A stretch of DNA of 63,470 bases, counting the filler, from Stramenopiles sp. TOSAG23-2 (taxonomy: Eukaryota): assembly GCA_900128395.1 (NCBI GenBank). It is 14 parts of 14 records of this genome, joined end to end, with 100 filler letters (N's around TTAATTAATTAA, not from the genome) between each part and the next. Parts side by side here need not be neighbours in the genome. Positions count along the whole stretch, not along the records: positions 1 to 5,324 come from LT650690.1; positions 5,425 to 10,743 come from LT650691.1; 12 more parts are not named here. One strand, written 5' to 3'. The notes beneath the pieces are model-generated. The model made no database searches and was not told the DNA's origin. It worked only from the letters and a program-made list of their open reading frames with translations. Shown here in pieces: positions 1 through 10,458 of the stretch. A program made the translations under genes and the position numbers. The first letter of the stretch is position 1; each line of letters opens with the position of its first letter.

Positions 1-10
1 GAATAACACT

Positions 11-3000
11 ATGTCCAAGATAAAAGAAGCACATGCGAATATATTAAAACAACAGAAAGAATCCGAGAGAGAATTCGAAAGGAAAGAGCAAGAATATTCT
101 CGTCAAATAATAGATACTAAAGCAATATCTGATAATGTCGCTGCACTGTATCAAAGACATATTGATGAGTATCAAAAATTAATGAAGAATGAAAAACTCT
201 CCGTAGCTTTTGACATGAAAAAAGAAAATGACAAATTACTTACTAAGAACCATAAATTAGTTTTAGAAGTGAAGAAGCTAAAGGCGGATTGGAAGTCTGC
301 TAACCAAAGATGTATGTCACTGGAGGAAACCATGGAAGAAAATCGAATACATAACCGAAACAAACAGCAGAAGGTAAAAGATGACCACAGACGAATCCTA
401 GAGAAGATGCGACGGTCCCATGAATTGCATAAAGATAAAATGGCAGGAAACTCAATTTCAGATGCTTCAAATGCATTTCAAAACGCGGAAATGGATCTTG
501 GCAAATTTCAAGAGAACATAAAGGACTTTACATTATCCATACAAAAATTTATGGAGGATCAAGGACACTCAGTCTTTTTCAACACCTTGAATGACAAGAT
601 TGTTCAATTAAATAACCACTGTAGTGACTTAGGGGACCAGTATCACAAACACATCGAGAAATTAATGAACGCAATTAATTTGCTTCAAGCTAGAAAAAGC
701 TACGATTTAAAGCTATTGCAAGACCAGAAAGAGATCAAAGTAAACCTAGAAAAAGAAGTCGAGGTCTTGCGAGAAACTGAAATTAAAACAGCTATTAGAT
801 GTGCACAACTTTCCGCAACCAATAGAAAGCATGAAAATAAACTAAACGAGGGAAGCATTGCAATTTCAAAGCTGAAAGAACTTGTCGAGGAACACAAGGC
901 ATCACTTATTACAGCGAACGAGTTGTTGAAGAGAAAGACGCACGACATGACAGACATAATGAGAGAACGGGATAGTTTAGCTATTCAAGTTAGATCTTTG
1001 GAGACGAAAAATAACCAGTTACAAAGAGAAGTAATAACTTTTCCGACATTTATAAAAGAAATGGGAAAAAAAGAAGCACTTTTGAAGCAAAAGAATGAAT
1101 TGCTTCAAGCTGAAATAGAGTCACTACAGTCAATATTAGATGATAGATTGATAAAGGAACAGGACCAAGAGAAAAAATTTGATGATTATTTGGAGGAAAA
1201 GAGAAAAGAAAGGGCAGCCATTCAAAAATTACTCACCGAAGCACAAGAAAAAGTAGTGTTGAATACTCAGGAACGAAAGTATCTTGCCAAAAGTGCCAAT
1301 GCTGCAAAAAGAGCACTGGAGAATATTCGAAATGAGAACAAGCATGATATTGAAGTGCACTTGGATGAAATTTTGAAATTAAAACGTCTTAATCATCAGA
1401 TGGAACGAAGAATTAAATCATTGAGAAATGAAATTGAAGTTGTAAAAGAGGAATCAATTATGCAACGTAACGAAGATCGTGATGCAATTGTAGAAACGAA
1501 AAAAACGCTTTCATTATCAAATGATAATATTGTAATGCTGCAAGAAAAACTTTCTCATGAAGCCAGGATGAATCAAATACGCAGTGACGAGGTTGATAAA
1601 TGGAAGACATTGTACAACGCAGAGGTGAGCGAGGCTCTGAAGGCAAAGCGCATATTACAGAATAAATGCGATGCGTTGATGAAACAACTTCGCTATTCCG
1701 ATAATGTTATTGATGAGAAAGCAAACCAATTGGAGGACAATAAAAGGAAGGTACATTTTTTAAATATGAGTATCAATACATTGAATACTGAAATTGATAC
1801 TTTATCTATGCAAATAAATGGGGCGGAAGATGACTTTTTTAAATTGCTAAATGAATACCTCGAAAAAGTTATAGTCATCCATAATCAGCTTTTCTCGAGT
1901 AATGTAGATGAGGAAAAGTTGCAACAGGATTTCCTTACTCAAGTAGTAAGAAAAGTGCATCAATTAGATAATGATATGGAGGCAGCTAAAATTCTTGGAA
2001 CAAAGCTGTCAAAAGAAAAAGTTTTATACATCGAAAATATGTATCTAAACCATAGGATTAAAGCATTGAATCAAAAGAACAAGGCTGTGAATATTGAGTT
2101 GGATCTGAGTCACAGAGCAACATTCCAATTGAGACAACAATTTTTGAATGAAATCGTAATAGTTCGTCAAACATCATCGGAATTTATTAATAAATGCATA
2201 CAAGAGGTGGGTGAAAAGCATTTTAAAGACATGGCACGCGTAGAAGCTAAATCAAAATTGACGACTATGCAATATGAGGATGATATTAAACATATCAATA
2301 CCATTGTTAATGGTATGGTCAGAGAATACAATCAACGCCTCGAAATTATAGCAAGCACATTTGCATCATCAGAAGGTGGCAATATGGATTATTTAAAACT
2401 TTTTAATTTAATTGAAAAAGAGCGTCAGATATGGCACGAGCGTTTCAAAGAGCAAAGAAAAGCCCACAGGCGACATTTGGATATTTTCAAGACAGAATAT
2501 GTTACTGAAGATGAGAATAATACCATGACCAATGTGAATGCACCAGAAAGCAATAAAATGACAAATAGCGATGTTGAAACAAAATCTTCTAAAGTTGCCA
2601 TAAACAAAGATGCGACATCAAACATCCGATATCTAGAAATACTTACAGAAGAGTACGAAACTTTAAAAATTAAAAACAAGGAAAGACTTGAAGAGTATGA
2701 AAAAAGCTATAAAGATGAATTCGAAAAAATGTCCAAGAAGTTTGAGCAAAAAATTCTAGAAAACAATGCAATGCATGAAGAAGGTGCTAGAAAGAAGCAA
2801 TTGGAATTTGAAAAAACAATTATATCTATTCAGTTAAAAAAAGCAAGTGAATTGAAAATGGAAAAAGGAATGAAACAAACGTTAAAATTGCTCGCAAATC
2901 AACTTAAAACGATACAAGGATTTGAAAGAGCAGAGATAAAACATTTACATGCAAGAAACAACGAGCTTCAACTGGCACTGACTCAAAATAGAACTAAAAT

Positions 3001-5152
3001 CAGTGGATTAGAAAGATTATTAGCAAAAAAAGACTCAGTCGAGCTTTCAAAAGCTAAAAAGAAAATCAAGGCATTAGAAATGGATATAAGAAGCCAGAAA
3101 GTTTATCATTCACAAAGATTAAGTTCACATAAAGCTGAAATGGACATAGTTAAAAAGCATTGCGAAGATGAAGTAAGAAAAATTAAAATGGAATTTTCCA
3201 TTAGCAAGAAAAGAGCAGAAGCAGAAGCGTTTACAAAGTTAAATATGACAACGGAAGCTATACGAACAAAAAATATGTTAAAAAGGTACGGAGAGAATTT
3301 AAAAGCAGTAGAAGAAGCTAGAAAAACCTCTCAAAGGTATTGCGATCAATACACGAGACTTATTCAAGAGTTTCAAAATGCAAAAGCTGATATAATACAA
3401 AATGCAGTCGATGCCAGAATAATGCATGAGAAGGCTAACACTACCGATAAAACATTGACAAGAGAATTACAATTTGCAAGGTCGGAAATTAGACGTCTTC
3501 AACTTCAATTAAAGGAGGAAAAAGAAAATTATGTTGTGTCTGTGAAATCTTATGAACGCCAAAGAAAAATCCAAACAGAACAACTTAACGCGTTGGACGA
3601 CGTTGCAAAGAAAAATGAAGCGTATGCATTGGAGGATTTAAAGAATGAACTTTCTAAAAAATTTGAAGAGGAGAAGATAAATATTGCTAGAGATAACGAC
3701 GAAGAGCTAGCAAAATTAAGGTTGGAAAAAGAAAAATTAAAAAAACAAATTGTTGATTTTGAAGGATCCGCGATTCATGGAGAATTAGGATTGAATATTT
3801 TAAAGATGTCGTCATCCGATAATTGGGAACCGTCAAGTTTAGTCCGTGACCATGAAACTTGGTTACAATCGCTACAAAATATCTATCTACAGTTGTTGGA
3901 GAGGGAAAAAAACATATTTGATCTGATGGCCGAAGAAAAAACACGAGATTCCACAACACCAAACTTGCAGAAAGAATCTATGGCATTATTCAAAAAGATA
4001 TCATCAGCGTCAAAGACGTCAAAAAATACAACACAAAATCAAGCTAGCAATAATAAAAATAAAATCGGCGATGAATCAAGGCTTGGCGAAACGCAGGCCC
4101 TAATAGAAATACGCGCGTTAAAATCTAGATTGGCTGAAATTTCCGCACAAGAAACCAATTTAGCCTTTGCCTTGCAAGCTAATAATAAGAACTTTCACCG
4201 CCATTTTGGAAATACTATTTTACAACGATGGCATGTACAAAATGTTTCAAACATTTTGAAAGATTTATCTGTTGAGAAGGAAATTATCGATACTGTTACT
4301 AGTAAAGTAAAATCATCTTTATCATTTTATACAGAATCAAATCAAATAACTGTAAATGCTTATATTCTAGAAGAGGAGAAAAAGATCGAAGAGGCTATTA
4401 AGGATAAAAACGATGCGCTTGAGGAGCAAAAGGAAGCTCTTGTTGAAAAAGAAGATGAAATTTTAAAGCTTAATCGTGAAATTAAAAAATTGAACCTTGT
4501 TCTGGAAGAAGAACGAAAGAAGAGTATAAAAGCCGCCATCAGGAATAACGAGGAGTCAAAAATGGAAGAAATGTTAATAGAATCAAAAGCAGATAATGAT
4601 GAAAAATCTCATTCGTATCAAAAGGATGCACAGTCTGGTGAAAAAGGTAAAAAAAATAATACAATAATAGAGAAACTTGAAGAAGAAATTAAAAATCTAA
4701 AACTTGAGGTAGCACATGTAAAGGAAAAAGCAGCAAGAAGTAATTACAATGTTAATTCTATGTCATCCATGGAAGGTAAAGACGACGAAGATGCTGATGG
4801 TGCCTCCATTAAAGGATCTCTTGGTATTGTAAACAAATCACAACAAAAAGACACAAAGGTACAAGCATTGCAAAATTATGTTATTGAAAAATTAAATGAA
4901 GAAATCTCAGATTTGCGACTTACAGTTGAAAAAGAGAGAGAAGAGCAGCGGCAAATGGTACATATATATGAATCAAAAATTACAAAATTAGAAGAATCGA
5001 AAGTTGAATTTGAAGACAATTTTAACGAGCAACAAGATCATTATTGGTTTGGCTGTGGAAAATGTCAACGGCAAGTTGACGAAGCTCAAAAGAAATGCAA
5101 ATTGATCGAGAGACAATATAATCAATTGTTAATGCAACAAAGTGGGAGATGA
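11..5152 (+). CDS. Giant coiled-coil protein of unknown function (1713 aa, possibly 5'-truncated)
   Basis: Uninterrupted 5.1-kb ORF, E/K/Q/L-rich heptad-type composition throughout; the frame is open to the contig start; no catalytic motif recognised. Confidence 0.85.
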   Translation: MSKIKEAHANILKQQKESEREFERKEQEYSRQIIDTKAISDNVAALYQRHIDEYQKLMKNEKLSVAFDMKKENDKLLTKNHKLVLEVKKLKADWKSANQRCMSLEETMEENRIHNRNKQQKVKDDHRRILEKMRRSHELHKDKMAGNSISDASNAFQNAEMDLGKFQENIKDFTLSIQKFMEDQGHSVFFNTLNDKIVQLNNHCSDLGDQYHKHIEKLMNAINLLQARKSYDLKLLQDQKEIKVNLEKEVEVLRETEIKTAIRCAQLSATNRKHENKLNEGSIAISKLKELVEEHKASLITANELLKRKTHDMTDIMRERDSLAIQVRSLETKNNQLQREVITFPTFIKEMGKKEALLKQKNELLQAEIESLQSILDDRLIKEQDQEKKFDDYLEEKRKERAAIQKLLTEAQEKVVLNTQERKYLAKSANAAKRALENIRNENKHDIEVHLDEILKLKRLNHQMERRIKSLRNEIEVVKEESIMQRNEDRDAIVETKKTLSLSNDNIVMLQEKLSHEARMNQIRSDEVDKWKTLYNAEVSEALKAKRILQNKCDALMKQLRYSDNVIDEKANQLEDNKRKVHFLNMSINTLNTEIDTLSMQINGAEDDFFKLLNEYLEKVIVIHNQLFSSNVDEEKLQQDFLTQVVRKVHQLDNDMEAAKILGTKLSKEKVLYIENMYLNHRIKALNQKNKAVNIELDLSHRATFQLRQQFLNEIVIVRQTSSEFINKCIQEVGEKHFKDMARVEAKSKLTTMQYEDDIKHINTIVNGMVREYNQRLEIIASTFASSEGGNMDYLKLFNLIEKERQIWHERFKEQRKAHRRHLDIFKTEYVTEDENNTMTNVNAPESNKMTNSDVETKSSKVAINKDATSNIRYLEILTEEYETLKIKNKERLEEYEKSYKDEFEKMSKKFEQKILENNAMHEEGARKKQLEFEKTIISIQLKKASELKMEKGMKQTLKLLANQLKTIQGFERAEIKHLHARNNELQLALTQNRTKISGLERLLAKKDSVELSKAKKKIKALEMDIRSQKVYHSQRLSSHKAEMDIVKKHCEDEVRKIKMEFSISKKRAEAEAFTKLNMTTEAIRTKNMLKRYGENLKAVEEARKTSQRYCDQYTRLIQEFQNAKADIIQNAVDARIMHEKANTTDKTLTRELQFARSEIRRLQLQLKEEKENYVVSVKSYERQRKIQTEQLNALDDVAKKNEAYALEDLKNELSKKFEEEKINIARDNDEELAKLRLEKEKLKKQIVDFEGSAIHGELGLNILKMSSSDNWEPSSLVRDHETWLQSLQNIYLQLLEREKNIFDLMAEEKTRDSTTPNLQKESMALFKKISSASKTSKNTTQNQASNNKNKIGDESRLGETQALIEIRALKSRLAEISAQETNLAFALQANNKNFHRHFGNTILQRWHVQNVSNILKDLSVEKEIIDTVTSKVKSSLSFYTESNQITVNAYILEEEKKIEEAIKDKNDALEEQKEALVEKEDEILKLNREIKKLNLVLEEERKKSIKAAIRNNEESKMEEMLIESKADNDEKSHSYQKDAQSGEKGKKNNTIIEKLEEEIKNLKLEVAHVKEKAARSNYNVNSMSSMEGKDDEDADGASIKGSLGIVNKSQQKDTKVQALQNYVIEKLNEEISDLRLTVEKEREEQRQMVHIYESKITKLEESKVEFEDNFNEQQDHYWFGCGKCQRQVDEAQKKCKLIERQYNQLLMQQSGR

Positions 5153-5324
5153 TGAACTTGAAAGTATAAAAAGAAAGTGAAAGAATGAAAATATTATATA
5201 TTAAAGAGTAGTCATAACTATTTGAGAGAGTAAAATATACTCGTATTGCTATCCTAATTGGGTCCATTTTCCATAAAAGTGATGCGCCTACACAGCACTG
5301 GTTATTTGTTCATTGCCAATAACC

Positions 5325-5424
5325 NNNNNNNNNNNNNNNNNNNNNNNNNNNNNNNNNNNNNNNNNNNNTTAATTAATTAANNNNNNNNNNNNNNNNNNNN
5401 NNNNNNNNNNNNNNNNNNNNNNNN
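5325..5424. other. Artificial contig linker (N44-TTAATTAATTAA-N44); identical linkers at 10744-10843, 16157-16256, 21569-21668, 26972-27071, 32372-32471, 37770-37869, 43164-43263, 48555-48654, 53945-54044, 59331-59430, 60711-60810, 62091-62190
   Basis: 13 identical 100-nt spacers whose core gives stops in all six frames; flanking contigs decrease monotonically in length. Confidence 0.99.
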
Positions 5425-5426
5425 CA

Positions 5427-6763
5427 CCAAAATATGTTCCGGTAAAGGTAGAACCAAAATCTTTCTTTGCAAACGAACGTACGTTTATACAATGGTTGTC
5501 AGCATCTTTATTAATGCTTACGTTGGGTGGCGCGCTTGTTAATTTAGGCGGGGAGTTATCTTCTCCAGGTTCTGTACTTGGTTTCACCGTTTTAGGCTCT
5601 GGATTAATATTTGCTGTTTATTCCTTGGTACTTTTTCATCTACGTGCTCAAAAATTAAGAGAACGAGCTGATGGACCTTGTAAGTAAATTGTATTTTCCT
5701 AAACCTAAAAAAAAAAGAGACATCCTCTAACACCTAACATATCATTCATTCGCTACGCTACACAGATGACGATAGATATGGACCAACCATTTTAGTAATC
5801 GTTTTGCTCATAGCTATGATAACAAATGTAATTTTGCTTGCCCAAAAGAATAGTTTGGCTGCAGTTCCAGTTGAAGTTAAAGATAGTGGAGGTTTATCTT
5901 GTCAATCCTTATTTAGTGGTAGTGGTGGAAGGCAAAATGCAACGCCATTTTTCTTGTCATTTAACAATGCTCCATGTGGACTGGTCTTACTAAAAGATGA
6001 AACTAGTGGCGAAGAGAATATATTATTTACAGCAGGTTCTTCTATTTACAAGATGAAAGTTAAAAACGACAAAGGTGGGAAAAGCCAAGTAGTAGAGACG
6101 CCGAAATCAATATTTACACTTCCAACAAATATTGTGAATGCAAAGTTACGCGGTTTGGCTGTTGTACCTGCAAATAATACCAATGGCATCAATAATCAAC
6201 ATTATAATATGGCATATATTCTGAATGAAAAACCAAGATTAAGTATTCTGCAGATTAATTTGACGGCTACTCCTGCAAATTTATTAAGCAATAATGATTT
6301 CGAATTGGGGTATAAAACTGGGAAATTACCTCTTGCAGCAACAGAATATTCTGGTGGAATAGGTTTATTACCATCATTTGAAGAGACAATAATTTTATCT
6401 ACATTTGATGGCATCGTCATTGTTCAAAATAGTAACAATCAATTACGAATTATTGCTCGCATTGAGGATGATATCTATGATGATAAAACTAAAAGTTCCC
6501 ATGTGGGTGCAATATTCAGTTCGAAAACGACGCTGTATCTTCTAATGGATGAAGCCAAAGAATTGATAACCATAGACGTGATGGCTGGAAAGGTAAAATA
6601 TCGGTTTACACTCCCAGGGAATCAAAATGAAATTTGGTCTGGGTTACATGTTGATGAAGTAAATCACTTTGTTTACATGTCGTGTACATCACCGACACCA
6701 GGCATATGGAAATTTCGATTTAATGGGAAAGATGGTAGTGGCTTTACAAAAAGTTGCGATTGA
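5427..6763 (+). CDS. Vacuolar transporter chaperone (VTC, polyphosphate synthesis complex) subunit, DUF202 TM region plus long C-terminal domain; 5'-partial; intron 5680-5765
   Basis: PVKVEPKSFFANERTFIQW is the VTC/DUF202 signature; removing GTAAGT...CACAG (5680-5765) restores the conserved GPYDDRYGP loop and joins the 5496 and 5804 ORFs in frame. Confidence 0.88.
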
Positions 6764-7528
6764 ATATACTATATGTAATATGGGGCATTGCCAGGTGCGC
6801 ACCAATGCCCTCAAGAACAATGGAGCACACCAGACCAGAAAAAATGTACTGGTTGCATAACTTAAATATATACGAGAGTATATAATAATATATATTTTTT
6901 TTAAATATTAAGAGAGTATATATTACAACACATGTGTAACTTATTTACTACGTAAAAGTTATAATTATAATATGAGAGCGCTGAGCTCTGGGAGCTAAGA
7001 GTAAGGCCTAGAGCTATCCACTGCTGTGTCAGTCTATAATTTAGTCTGCGTCGTCAGACGACTCTTATAATTATTATACACTTTATTTATCATTGTTTTA
7101 CTGGTGGTAGACGACTAGAGCTAGCTGGTACAGTATGCCTGGTATGAGCTCGTATTGTTGATACATTTATATTGTACTCATTACAATAGATGCAATACAA
7201 CGATGTCACGATGCCCACCTTAACCTGTCCACCTTCCACCTTCCGCGGCATAGCAAAATAATAGTAAATACCAGGTATTCCTCTCTGGTATTACACATCT
7301 TCTTCTTCAAAATAAGGATACTAGGTATTATAAAGTAAAAAGGTATATATTTATTATGAATTATTACTTTCAAATTATCCGGAATATATATATAATTGGA
7401 TATTGGATTTTAGCTTAGTGACATATATGAAATATATTTCTATAACATATACATATATATTGAAATACAAAGAAGCAATTAAATAGTAAATACAAGTTCG
7501 TGAGCCCTTCCCTCATCATTCTTTACAG

Positions 7529-7825
7529 ATGAGTCATTCATCATCGCGTATTGGTTTAAGAAGAAAAAAAATCAACAAAAGTCCGAAGAAAACAAAATAT
7601 GATAGAAATAATAGACCAGTATCCGAAAGCGTACTTTTAATGCGTCATGATTTATCTCAACTAACGGAAGCGGTAGAAAATCAGCAATATAATATGAAAG
7701 CTATTATTGATCGCTTAAATTCTACTGGGAATTATGGTAATATTCCAACACGACCACCTCAAGCTGCTTTAATTGCTGCTGATAAGTATAATAGTTACAA
7801 TAGATTTGGAAATGATTATGATACA

Positions 7826-7857
<32 letters not shown>

Positions 7858-8713
7858 TATCAACAACCATGGTAATAGTAGCAACGATAACGATTCCACA
7901 ATTTTGTTGCAAAATATGCAAGAGCAAATAATGAATATAGCCGAAACACAGAAGAAATTAAGCGCAAAAGTTCATGCATATGAAAAGATACAAGTAGCTG
8001 GGGCTGACGTAAATGATGACTGGGAACTCATTAAGCGAGAGCAAAGGATTTTGACTGATCATGTTGGGCGGTTATCTCAAGCTGTTATGGAATTGAAGAC
8101 ATCAAAACGCTCCGATGCATTAGCAGCAGCAGCACAGATCAGAAATCAAGCAGAGGAGACTATGGATGGTATAAGAAAAGAAGTACATGTAATGCGAGAG
8201 GAAAATGCTAATTCTGTCAATAATATGGAAACAAAGTTGTTAGCGATGGAAAACAATTTTCAAGCAACATTAGACAAATTTCGTAACGAGTATGATGGCA
8301 AAATCAATAATGTACGAAGGGAAGCAGAATCATCATTTGAATCGATAAAAAGGGAATTGGAAAATACCTTGGTATCAGTGAAACATGATTTGGTATTTAA
8401 TAACAATTATGAAAATAAGAATAACAATAGCAAAATTGGAAGGATGGGGAATAATAGAATTGATGTCTTTTCGAAGACACCGGAACGTTTAAAAATGCAA
8501 ACCCCAAGGCACAAAAAAAATTCTACTTCACCCACATCAATGCAACATGAACAAGGTAGTGGTAGCGAAACCGGTTTTGGAAATAGCTTTACTGGATCTT
8601 CACCATTGAGGGCCACATCAATTAGAACCGTTGCATTAGACAATGAATTAAAGCTTTTGGAGGAAAAAATTAAATTTGCCCAAGAGAGTATCTTAAAGGG
8701 ATATAATATATAA
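7529..8713 (+). CDS. Hypothetical coiled-coil protein with poly-Asn tract
   Basis: 394-aa ORF with coiled-coil composition; ATG directly preceded by acceptor-like CTTTACAG, so an upstream exon is possible. Confidence 0.75.
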
Positions 8714-9187
8714 AACCGTGTCACAAATACATTAATTTTATGAAAGAGGAGTACCGAGAAAAAGTACAAAAGCGAGTATGCATATGCATATATATATGAT
8801 ATTGTACAAAAAGGTTTTAATAATTGATATCATTCACATACATCAGTGTAACATATATAATGTTAATCTGGTGGTAAATTGAAATTTCAGTATTCAGTAT
8901 ATAGTAATAAGTACAAATTACACATATTTTACAAGTTACAAGTACTATAAAAACTTGAACACTTACGAGTTCTCGTGGATCTTGGACACCATGTTCACCA
9001 TTCCAGCATTCCGCATTCTAATTTCTAATTCCTCTATAATATATCTAATGTAATATTCCAAGTAATTTTTGGATTTGCATTTTTATAAATTATAAATCTA
9101 GGTCTAAGTACGGAGTAGTTGTATACTGGAAATATTTACCTATATATAATAGGGGATTTGGGAAATCCCAAATCATCAATCACGTCC

Positions 9188-9234
9188 TCGTCCTCTAGTC
9201 TGCGTCGTCAGACTCTTTCTCGGACTCGTCCTCT
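9188..9234. mobile_element. 29-bp mini-insertion (9197-9225) flanked by 9-bp direct repeat TCGTCCTCT
   Basis: Core AGTCTGCGTCGTCAGACTCTTTCTCG matches 53045-53070 at 25/26 nt; direct repeats at 9188-9196 and 9226-9234. Confidence 0.55.
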
Positions 9235-9368
9235 CCTCTCTCTCTCATCTCGCATCTCACAGATACAGTGTAATATCAGAAGATATTATTATATATATAT
9301 ATATTAAGATAAAAGAAAACGGCGTCATATATTCATATATTTTTTACGAATATTACTTATATATTAAA

Positions 9369-10458
9369 CTATGATAAATGTTCTGCAATAACATTACAAA
9401 CTGCGGTATTCCCACATAGAATTTTTTGTGTTCCACAATTTAAGACATCGTAGATATCTCCGTTTAAATTACAAATTACCCCACCGGCTTCTTGAACTAT
9501 AACACAACCTGCCGCAATATCCCAAATTCCACCTATGTTACTCTCATAATATGCACTGCATTCACCCGAAGCAACATATGCCATTGATACACAACATGAT
9601 CCTACATAGATAAACATATATATATGTATTTAGTATAATTATCGTTCAGAATACATTAATGTTAGAGATTTATCTAATTGATATGGAATTGTTGAAATTG
9701 TAAATTGTCAGATCCATTGCTATCTATGTTGCCATCATCGAGTGAAACATTTTGATATATGTATTAGCGTGCTTATACTTACCCAACATTCGAATCGAAC
9801 GAGCTTGTTTTTTTAAAAGATTGTGTACAGAAGTAATTTGATCTTTTACAATTGTTGGATCCCTCGAATGCCCAAAATTCGTTGCAATCAAAGCAGATGA
9901 TAAATTATCTGCATCATCAACATGGATTCTTACAGCGTTCAAATATGCTCCGCATTTTTCAGCAGCTTGATAAAGTAACCCTGATGAAGGAATGTAGATA
10001 ATACCTAGAACAGACCTTTTATTAACAAGGAGACCGATACTAATTGCAAACATAGGCAGTGCATGTACAAAATTTGTTGTTCCATCAATAGGATCGACGC
10101 AAAAGGTAGGTGAATCTGTCAATTTATTTTCGCTTGAGCTTTCTTCGCCTATGAATTCATAACTTGCAAAGTGCTCCCTTAACCGATCAAATATTAACTT
10201 TTCACAGCCTTTGTCGTATTTTGTGACTAAATCAATACCACCCTTGGATAAAACGCCTAAACTATCATTATTATTATTAACGGATACGTTTGCTTTCGCT
10301 TGCTTTTGCCCTTCAAGTGCAAAATGCCCTGCTTCCAAAGCAGCTAACGTTGCTATTTTAGCTTCTTCACAATATTTACCATTGATAATATTTACATATT
10401 TATAATTTAGATTCTCCAGGTTGTTATTTCCATCATTATCTGTTGTTATGGATGACAT
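9369..10458 (-). CDS. IMPA: Inositol monophosphatase; intron 9602-9782
   Basis: Motifs DLVT, GEE, VDPIDGTTNFVH and WDIAAG; splicing GTAAGT...TGTAG restores RSIRMLGSCC. Confidence 0.95.
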
